Shown piece after piece: positions 56,495 through 64,000 of a stretch of DNA of 64,000 nucleotides. How positions within the stretch are numbered: position 1 is the first letter of the stretch; each line of letters begins with the position of its first letter. The DNA is taken from NCBI GenBank assembly GCA_963789115.1, contig CAWBJH010000002.1:447412-511411 (forward strand), read 5' to 3'. The DNA comes from an uncultured delta proteobacterium. Lineage in GTDB: Bacteria; Desulfobacterota; Binatia; Binatales; Binataceae. The position numbers and the translations under genes were made by a program. The notes under the pieces were generated by a model that ran no database searches, was not told where the DNA came from, and saw nothing but the letters and a program-made list of their open reading frames with translations.

Positions 56495-56560
56495 CTGGCA
56501 GGCTGCGGAAAAAATTCCCACGGTCTGCACCTCGAAAATCGTTTTTCCGCACCCTGCCAG
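56495..56560. repeat. Miniature family-A-like palindromic element (66 bp)
   Basis: CTGGCAGGCTGCGGAAAA..TTTTCCGCACCCTGCCAG. Bounded by CTGG/CCAG instead of CTAG. Confidence 0.7.
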
Positions 56561-56695
56561 GGCGAGCGAATCCTAACAGTTTCGGGAGCGGGTTAGAATC
56601 GCGCCGTCGCCTCGAACAGCCCTGCTCGCATCGTCAGCTTGGCTCGGATCCGACACGCACTCAGCGGCCGGGCCTCCGCGCGGCATTCACAGCAT

Positions 56696-57486
56696 CTACA
56701 GAATCCGGAGCAGGCGGGCCGGATAGTCGGTGATTATGCCGTCGACCCCCAAGTCGAGCATCTCGCGCATCTGCGCGACTGCATTCACGGTCCAGACGTG
56801 GACCTCCACGCCGAGGCGATGGGCCCAATCGACGATTTCGGGGTGACCAGCCGCCACGATTGGTATTCCGGCGGCACCTGCAGCGCGTCGCCCGGCGCAC
56901 GCCAGGTATCGTCGTGCCGCGCCATCGCCTGCATGAAGGCGGCGACCTCCAGCGAGCAAAAGTTGGTCGGAATTCCGGGCGCCAGCGCCCGAACCTCGTC
57001 GAGGGGCTCCTGATGCTCGCTGGCGACCATCACGCGGCGGCGCATCCCGGCCCGATCGATTGCTGCGAGCATCGCGCGGACCAGGCTCGGACGCTTCTGC
57101 TTGACCTCGACGACGAAAAACGCGCGCCGAAAAGCCGACAGCACCGCTTCGAGGGTCGGGATGCCGACTCCGCGGTTGCGGAACGGATAGGCGCCGTCGC
57201 CCGGGGTGAAGTTGTATCCCGCGTCGGCGGCTGCCACTTCCACCCAAGTCAGCTCCGAAATTTCGGCGTCGCGCCCGGCGGTGCGTTTCAGGTTCGGGTC
57301 ATGGCAGACGACGACTGTCCCGTCGCGCGTCATGTGGACATCGAGCTCCGCATAGGGCGCGCCATCCTTGACCGCGGCGTGAAAGGCCTCGATGGTGTTT
57401 TCGGGATAGCTGCCGCTGGCGCCGCGATGGGCGATCGCGCGCGGGGGCGGCGGCGAGAAGAATTCGCTATCGAGCGTCGCGCGCAT
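56696..57486 (-). pseudogene. Glycerophosphodiester phosphodiesterase, frame broken by a 1-nt homopolymer indel (possibly an assembly error)
   Basis: N-terminal frame has IAHRGASGSYPENT..ELDVHMTRDGTVVVCHD up to ..WRLVTP. The other frame continues EIVDWAHRLGVEVHVWTVN..GVDGIITDYP. The junction is at the G4 run 56840-56843. Confidence 0.85.
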
Positions 57487-57545
57487 CAGGAGAATCCTCC
57501 CCCGAAGCGCCGGTTTTCATCAGGGCGATACGGAGGCCGACTGGT

Positions 57546-59033
57546 TCAGAGCGCGCCGCCGCCAGCCGGCGCCGTCGAGTATGGCCCTACGGCGCGCGAA
57601 ATGCCGTGTGCCCGGCGCGGGCTATGCTTCAGCCCGGCGTGGTAGAGCACCCCAGACCGCGAGCCCGACGGCTTGCGCTGACCGGTGAACAGATTGCGGG
57701 TGTCCAGGTCGGGCAGCCGGGCCAGCACGGTCTCATAGCGATGCCTGATATGGTCGAACAGCGCGCGCATCCGGGGCGACACTTCGTGGTTCGCTCCCAG
57801 TTTCTCATTGAGCGGGTTGACGTACCGGCCCTCGCGGAGCAGCGCGAAATGAAGGTGTGGGCCCGTAGAAAGCCCGCTCGACCCCACCCATCCGATTACT
57901 TGACCGACCCGCACGTAGCTACCGGGTTTCAGGCTAGGACTGATCTGGGAGAGATGGCCGTAGATGCTGACCAAGTTGTGCTCGTGCTCGATTCGAACGC
58001 ACTTGCCAAGCTCGCCGGCCCAGTCGGAATACTGGACTCGCCCGTCGGCTATCGACTTCACCGGCGTTCCATACTGTGCAACCAAGTCGACGCCAACATG
58101 CGGGCGATAGCGATGGAGAATCGGATGGTAACGTTCGGCCGCAAATCCAGAGGAGATGTATTCGAACGGCACCGGGAAGCGTAAGACCTGCGGACCGAGC
58201 GGTTTGCCGTGCTCATCGTACAGGTGCGACCGGCCATGCTCATCCCGGAATGCGAAGGCATTGAAGGCCCGGTTGCCGACCCGGACCTGCGCCGCTTCGA
58301 GGTCGCCGACCGCTTGATGGGTCCCGTCGCGGCTGACTTCTTCGGTATAGACAAGCTTCAGAGCCGCGCCAGGCGGAAGGTCTCCGAGCGCGCGACGGTC
58401 GGCGAACGCATCCTCAAGGGTCTCTACGATCGGCTTGGGGATGTCGCGGCGAGCGACCTCGTCGTCGAAGCTGTCGCGAATTGCGAAATCCACCGTGACC
58501 GGGCGCACCACGTACTGGATCGGCCGCTGCGCAACCAGAACTACCCCGTTGTCATAGCTCTGCTCGACCACCGCCGTGCGTTCATTGAGGTCGTACCTGA
58601 ACCCGCGAAGGTCGCCAGTCTCAGGATCTCTGTAGAGGGTGATCAGATGGCCGTTCTTGAAAATGTCGTCGCGGGTGGCGTTTTCGAAGATCCGCTCCCA
58701 TCGGCGGGCATCGTTACGCGACAGGCCGGCATCTTCGAGCAAGCCCGTAACGGCGGCCGAATGATCGAGTGTGAAGCGGATTATGATTGGATCGGGTGCC
58801 GGCTCAGCGGAGTCGTCGGCATCGGATTCGGCAAAGTCGCGGCAAGGGGCGCCGCCCTCCATGTAATAGCCCGCTTGAGCAACGGCGGCCGGGGAAGGGT
58901 TACCGTCAGCGCGGAGCTGGTTCTCGCATCCCAAAACGAAGAGCCGCAGCGCAACTCCCGTCGCAATAACCGCCGCCGTCAACCCAACGGCGACTCGGGA
59001 CAAACACACCCCCGTGCTGCTCTCCCCCTGCAT
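57546..59033 (-). CDS. M23-family peptidoglycan DD-metalloendopeptidase
   Basis: HVGVDLVAQYGTPV and GSSGLSTGPHLHFAL. Confidence 0.9.
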   Translation of the reverse strand: MQGESSTGVCLSRVAVGLTAAVIATGVALRLFVLGCENQLRADGNPSPAAVAQAGYYMEGGAPCRDFAESDADDSAEPAPDPIIIRFTLDHSAAVTGLLEDAGLSRNDARRWERIFENATRDDIFKNGHLITLYRDPETGDLRGFRYDLNERTAVVEQSYDNGVVLVAQRPIQYVVRPVTVDFAIRDSFDDEVARRDIPKPIVETLEDAFADRRALGDLPPGAALKLVYTEEVSRDGTHQAVGDLEAAQVRVGNRAFNAFAFRDEHGRSHLYDEHGKPLGPQVLRFPVPFEYISSGFAAERYHPILHRYRPHVGVDLVAQYGTPVKSIADGRVQYSDWAGELGKCVRIEHEHNLVSIYGHLSQISPSLKPGSYVRVGQVIGWVGSSGLSTGPHLHFALLREGRYVNPLNEKLGANHEVSPRMRALFDHIRHRYETVLARLPDLDTRNLFTGQRKPSGSRSGVLYHAGLKHSPRRAHGISRAVGPYSTAPAGGGAL

Positions 59034-59135
59034 TACTGGCCAAGTTAGGGCATTCGGTCAGCCAGGTCAACACTTGGGGGGGTGTTTTTTGTCACACCAG
59101 CCAGTATGTCTTATAGAGACGTGCTGGTAAGCTGA

Positions 59136-59576
59136 GTGCAATTAATGCACCGGACGCCTATAGCCGCGCTCGATGTCGGCCGAAAGCGAATCGGGATCGC
59201 GGTTTGCCCCGCCAACAGCCTGGCGGCCTACCCCGTCGCAACCATCGAACGACGCTCGCTCGCGCAGGATCTCAAGAAGCTGGCGGCAGAGCTTGGCTCG
59301 CGCGATGTTGGGCGCGTCGTGGTCGGACTTCCGCTCAACATGGACGGCAGCGAGGGCCCCAATGCGCGCGCCGTACGTATCTTTGCCGAGCGGCTTGACG
59401 CCGCGCTGGGCATCCCGGTCGAGCTCTTCGACGAGCGCCTGACGAGCTTCGAGGCTGAGCAGCGGCTCGGGGCTTCCTCGCGGCGCGGTGCGAAGAACAA
59501 GCATGCGGTCGATGCGGTCGCGGCGGCGGTAATCCTTGAGGGATGGCTGGCCGGGTGCGCCGATTCGGGGCGCTGA
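59136..59576 (+). CDS. ruvX: Holliday-junction resolvase-like / pre-16S rRNA nuclease RuvX (YqgF)
   Basis: IAALDVGRKRIGIAV, VVVGLPLNMDGS and DERLTSFEAE. Confidence 0.9.
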   Translation: MQLMHRTPIAALDVGRKRIGIAVCPANSLAAYPVATIERRSLAQDLKKLAAELGSRDVGRVVVGLPLNMDGSEGPNARAVRIFAERLDAALGIPVELFDERLTSFEAEQRLGASSRRGAKNKHAVDAVAAAVILEGWLAGCADSGR

Positions 59577-59652
59577 GGGGTTGGGGTGAAAAGTCTCCGG
59601 GGCCCGGATAATCTCGTCTCAGGCACCGACCACCTCTGACCGGCGGGATGCG

Positions 59653-60720
59653 ATGGCCCACGCCGGAATCGGCGAGACCACAGTGAAACGGATGATGTCG
59701 ATCGCGATCGCAGGGTGGGCTGTGATGATGCTGGCGGCCGCCGGCGTGGCACTAAGCTACTACTGGTTCGCTCCGACCGAAACGTTCACACCCCCGCGAA
59801 CCGTATCGATCAGGAAGCACGAGTCGTTGCGAGCCATCGCGCGCAAGCTCGCCCAGCACGGGATCATCAGAAGCTCGACGGCGATGCTCGTGTATGCGGA
59901 ACTGACCGGCGCAGCGAGCCGCCTGCAGCCGGGAGACTACCGGTTCAGGGGCAACGAGCGGGTGCCGGACATCCTGCGGCATCTGGTGAACGGCGATTTC
60001 ATGGTCGCCATCGTCACCATCCCCGAGGGCCTCACCGTGCATCAGATCGCCGAGCGCCTGGAGCAGGCCGGCCTGGGATGCGATTACCAGTTCGAGGAGC
60101 TTGCCCGCCATGGACCCCTGGTAAAGGCGCTCGGGCTCGGACCGCTGGGAGCGGAGGGGTATCTGTTCCCCGCCACCTATCGATTTTCGCCGCTGACGCC
60201 GCCCAAGCGGATAATCGCGACGATGCTCGCGCGGTTTTACGCGATCCTGACGCCGGCGGTCGAGGATAGGATGTTCGAGCTGCATCTCGACCAGCGCCGC
60301 CTGGTGACGCTCGCCTCGACGGTCGAAAAGGAGGCCCGCGCCGGCGGCGAGCGTCCGTTGATCGCGGGCGTGTTCTACAATCGGCTGCGCCTGGGGATGC
60401 CGCTTCAATCCGATCCCACCGCCCAGTATAGTTTTGAGGGAGAGAGTCTTCCCGCGGCCATCGCCGTGCATACCGCCTCGTCTTTCAACACCTACAGCAT
60501 CAGCGGTCTGCCGCCCGGCCCGATCGCGAATCCGGGGTTGTCCTCGGTCAAGGCGGTGCTCTATCCCACGGCCACGGACGCCCTGTATTTTGTCGCGCGC
60601 AATGACGGAACTCATGTATTCTCCCGCTCGTTCAGGGAACACGAGCGGGCGATAGCGGCGCTCAGGAAGGATGCGGCGGCAAATCACAAGGCCGAGGCCG
60701 TCGCCGGCGGCACCCGCTGA
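59653..60720 (+). CDS. mltG: Endolytic murein transglycosylase MltG (YceG)
   Basis: N-terminal TM, ASTVEKEA, VFYNRLRLGMPLQSDPT and YNTYSISGLPPGPIANPG. Confidence 0.9.
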   Translation: MAHAGIGETTVKRMMSIAIAGWAVMMLAAAGVALSYYWFAPTETFTPPRTVSIRKHESLRAIARKLAQHGIIRSSTAMLVYAELTGAASRLQPGDYRFRGNERVPDILRHLVNGDFMVAIVTIPEGLTVHQIAERLEQAGLGCDYQFEELARHGPLVKALGLGPLGAEGYLFPATYRFSPLTPPKRIIATMLARFYAILTPAVEDRMFELHLDQRRLVTLASTVEKEARAGGERPLIAGVFYNRLRLGMPLQSDPTAQYSFEGESLPAAIAVHTASSFNTYSISGLPPGPIANPGLSSVKAVLYPTATDALYFVARNDGTHVFSRSFREHERAIAALRKDAAANHKAEAVAGGTR

Positions 60721-60775
60721 CCCCTGGCAGGGTGCGGAAAACCGATTTTCGCGACCACGCAGTTAAAAGTTAAAA

Positions 60776-62269
60776 GTGATCGACCCGGTTGAACTAATCG
60801 GCAAGACCCGCAGCAGGCTCGCGCTTGTCGCGGCGACCCGCGCTGTGCTCTACGCGGTCGTGCCGGGCGTGACGGCGACCGTCCTGGCAATCGCGGTAGG
60901 GCCGGCCACCAACGAGTTGATGCTTGCGCGATGGGCCGTGGCCCTGTCTCCCGCCATGCTTGCGGCGGTCCGAGGCGGCCTCATCGCCGTGGCCGTCCTG
61001 GCGGCCGCGGCGGCCGCGGTCGTGGCGACGATAGCGTATCGGCGCGCCGACGATTTCATCGCCGCCGCCGAACGCGTGGACGCGACCGTCAACGCCCGCC
61101 AGGAAGTGCTGACCTTCGCGACCCTGACCGATCCCTCGGGGCCGCAGGACAAAAGCCTGCGCAGCGGGCTGTTCCCGCTGCTTTGGCGCAGAACCGCCGA
61201 GCGCCTCGATCGCTTCGATCCCGATCGTGCCTTCCGATTCGACGTCGCAGCACCAGTCCGGCGCGGCTCGGCGCTGGCGCTCGCGATAGTGGCGATACTC
61301 GGGCTCGCGATGATGGCCTTGATGCGGCCGCCGACGCCCGAAACAGCCCAGGCGCACAGGCTGCGTGAGATAGCGCGCGCGATCGAGGCTTCGCCGGGCG
61401 ATTCCGCGGCTCGCGCGCTCGCCGCCTCGCTCCGCGCCGCCGCGACCGCGCTGGAGAATCCGAGCCTGCCGCCCGAGGAAAAGCTCAAGATGATTGCGGA
61501 GGTAACGCGCGCACTCGAGCACAAACAGCCGCAACCCAAGGAGGGCTCCAAGTCTCAGTCCGCCAAGGGCAACTCGTCGGGCAAGGGAAACTCCGGCACG
61601 GGCGAAGGGGCCCGCTCAGGCGAGGGCAGTGGCAACGGCCAGGGCGTGGGTAGTAAAGGTCAAAACAAGAACGCCCCCGGCACCGGCCAGGGGGAGAAGA
61701 AGGGGCAGACCCAAGTTGCCGAGCTGCAGGAGGAACTGTCCCAAACCAAACAGCAGATCGAAAACGAATCGGCACCCAAGGACAATTCGATACCCAAGCC
61801 CGCGCCGGGAGAGAAACCGGGTACCACGCTTGCGCCCGGCGAGAAGCCCAATCAGCCCGGCGCCGCCAATCAGCCCACCAACACCGGCGGAAACAAGATG
61901 GCCAAGCCGGGCAAGAACGCCGCGCAGACCGAAAAATCCGGCGAGGGCGGGATCGAAACGGCCAAGAACGACAAGGGATCGACCAAGGGCGACACCCGTC
62001 TGGGAGAGTTTCCTGCGCCGGTCCGCTATGAGAGATTCTACAAACCCGGCGAGCATGGACCGCCGGTCGAGATCCGCGACGCGCGCTACGTCCTGTTCCG
62101 GCTGCCCACCGCGCCTGCCTCCGGCGGCACCGGCAAACTGGTACTGGACACGGAACGGCCCGCGGCGAGCACGCCGTACGTCAACGTGCCGCTCAAGGAG
62201 CAGAATCTAGAGGCCACGCCCGATGAGCGGCAGCAGATTCCGCCGCGCTATCGCGACTTGATTCAATAG
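60776..62269 (+). CDS. Membrane protein with a long low-complexity K/G/E/P/N/Q-rich region, upstream of moxR (DUF4175-like?)
   Basis: 497 aa with N-terminal TM helices. C-terminus reads ..QQIPPRYRDLIQ. Family is recalled from memory only. Confidence 0.55.
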   Translation: MIDPVELIGKTRSRLALVAATRAVLYAVVPGVTATVLAIAVGPATNELMLARWAVALSPAMLAAVRGGLIAVAVLAAAAAAVVATIAYRRADDFIAAAERVDATVNARQEVLTFATLTDPSGPQDKSLRSGLFPLLWRRTAERLDRFDPDRAFRFDVAAPVRRGSALALAIVAILGLAMMALMRPPTPETAQAHRLREIARAIEASPGDSAARALAASLRAAATALENPSLPPEEKLKMIAEVTRALEHKQPQPKEGSKSQSAKGNSSGKGNSGTGEGARSGEGSGNGQGVGSKGQNKNAPGTGQGEKKGQTQVAELQEELSQTKQQIENESAPKDNSIPKPAPGEKPGTTLAPGEKPNQPGAANQPTNTGGNKMAKPGKNAAQTEKSGEGGIETAKNDKGSTKGDTRLGEFPAPVRYERFYKPGEHGPPVEIRDARYVLFRLPTAPASGGTGKLVLDTERPAASTPYVNVPLKEQNLEATPDERQQIPPRYRDLIQ

Positions 62270-62273
62270 CAGA

Positions 62274-62374
62274 ATGTCGAAGCCGGTCGGAGGAAGGGAT
62301 TATTTCCGTAGGGGCCGTTCGTGAACGGTCCTTCCGCGTAACATGATGTCGAAGCCGGTCGGAGGAAGGGATTA
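62274..62374 (+). repeat. Two perfect 29-bp direct repeats (62274-62302, 62346-62374) separated by a 43-bp hairpin-containing spacer
   Basis: ATGTCGAAGCCGGTCGGAGGAAGGGATTA twice. Each carries GGAGGA. The second lies just upstream of the moxR ATG. Confidence 0.9.
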
Positions 62375-62378
62375 AGGG

Positions 62379-63392
<1,014 letters not shown>

Positions 63393-63438
63393 CGCGGCAA
63401 CACGTCGCGCCGCTTCCACGGCAAGGTACTGGCTTAAT

Positions 63439-63678
63439 CTGGAAAAAACGCTAAGCGACTATCAGGCCCAGGCCAACCGGCCCTTCGAGCACGATGCGCG
63501 ATTGAAGGAATTGCTCGCCCGCCAGGCCCAGCTCAATGCAGCGCTGGACCTCGACAAGAGCGATGCGCAAGCTGCTGAACCGGTCGATTCTATTATCGAG
63601 CAACCAACGCTGCCCCGATATCAGGAATCAACCCCTGCTTCGCCGGTGCCCGCTCGTCCGCCGGCGCCGCGCCTGTGA
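63439..63678 (+). pseudogene. Orphan C-terminal coding remnant with no usable start
   Basis: Reads [42 protein letters not shown].. to TGA at 63676. From memory it resembles the tail of large plasmid/ICE-borne methylase-helicase proteins. Confidence 0.3.
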
Positions 63679-63732
63679 GTCATTGGTGAAAATCGTCGTC
63701 GGAACAGGCACATAAGCGATCGGTAAAAAACC

Positions 63733-63761
63733 TTGACCGATTCATCACATCATGATATGAT
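63733..63761 (+). promoter_or_regulatory. Near-consensus sigma70 promoter with an overlapping inverted repeat (candidate operator)
   Basis: TTGACC, 17-nt spacer, TATGAT. The palindrome CATCAT-GAT-ATGATG spans the -10 region. Confidence 0.5.
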
Positions 63762-63795
63762 GAGTTAAATCCAAGAAGCAATGTCGGCGACATGA

Positions 63796-64000
63796 ATGAA
63801 GCCCAAACCCGACTATGAACTGGAAGTGCTTCTGGACCTTGATGGCCACGAGTTCGACTTCGCCAAGAACTACGTCGTCAAGTACGAAGTACGCCGGGTT
63901 ACGGCTATGGAGGGCCGCCCATCCGGGCTCAAATACAGCCTCACGCTACACGACCCGAAGGGTAAGAGGATCTACGGAATTGACAACGCACACAAGGCGC
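63796..64000 (+). CDS. TumE-family (DUF6516) toxin-antitoxin component, 5' part (runs off the window)
   Basis: MKPKPDYELEVLLDLDGHEFDF..RPSGLKYSLTLHDPKGKRIYGIDNAHKA matches the remembered ..GlKY.L......r.DN..GkGdH.H core. Lies in a low-GC region. Confidence 0.55.
   Translation, partial: MKPKPDYELEVLLDLDGHEFDFAKNYVVKYEVRRVTAMEGRPSGLKYSLTLHDPKGKRIYGIDNAHKA

Noticed and set aside
59060-59085. Hairpin plus T-run (AACAC-TTGGGGG-GTGTT-TTTTTG) resembling a terminator
   Set aside because: It lies between divergently transcribed genes (M23 peptidase and ruvX), where no terminator is expected. The stem is only 5 bp.
61500-62000. Apparent repetitiveness in the 497-aa protein (K/G/E/P/N/Q-rich), checked as a possible nucleotide repeat array or CRISPR
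   Set aside because: This is only amino-acid low complexity. There are no regularly spaced identical nucleotide repeats.

Overview
High-GC (roughly 65-70% by eye) chromosomal segment from a Gram-negative-type, hopanoid-producing bacterium, probably an uncultivated lineage. All calls rest on motif recognition and reading of the sequence; no searches were run. No rRNA, tRNA or CRISPR array was seen. Layout: (1) 1-1350, a tandem array of REP-associated tyrosine transposase (RAYT) units with flanking REP hairpins. (2) 1.4-15 kb, minus-strand isoprenoid/hopanoid supercluster: hpnA, hpnE, hpnD, hpnC, dxr, shc, a polyprenyl synthase and hpnH. (3) 15.8-23.9 kb, two divergent operons for small-molecule or lipid-headgroup chemistry: oxidoreductase, two HAD phosphatases, class-III aminotransferase, ATP-grasp, nucleotidyltransferase, CDP-alcohol phosphatidyltransferase fusion, B12-radical SAM. 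(4) 23.9-33.3 kb, a lower-GC island bounded by a 73-bp direct repeat that duplicates the 3' end of the radical-SAM gene. It carries methyltransferases, glycosyltransferases, fcl and a decayed hicAB. (5) 34-47.7 kb, housekeeping genes: ridA, rel/spoT, gmk, yicC, LPS-core genes, an orphan nuoA-nuoC-nuoD set lacking nuoB, DUF1329, and an AmgK/MurU-like pair. (6) 48.5-53.1 kb, a clearly lower-GC two-gene islet encoding RmuC plus an 889-aa RloC/PrrC-like ABC ATPase with a coiled-coil CxxC insert. I consider this the best candidate for an undescribed defence or surveillance module. (7) 53-63.4 kb, mixed core genes (VIT1, LPS kinase, cupredoxin, F420-type LLM oxidoreductase, GDPD, M23 peptidase, ruvX, mltG, moxR). 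(8) From 63.4 kb, the edge of another mobile region with a gene remnant and a TumE-like gene. Three MITE-like repeat families, all bounded by CTAG, are scattered through the window, and their termini repeatedly coincide with TAG stop codons of neighbouring genes. Two conserved genes (dxr, GDPD) are broken by single-nucleotide homopolymer indels, which may be assembly errors.
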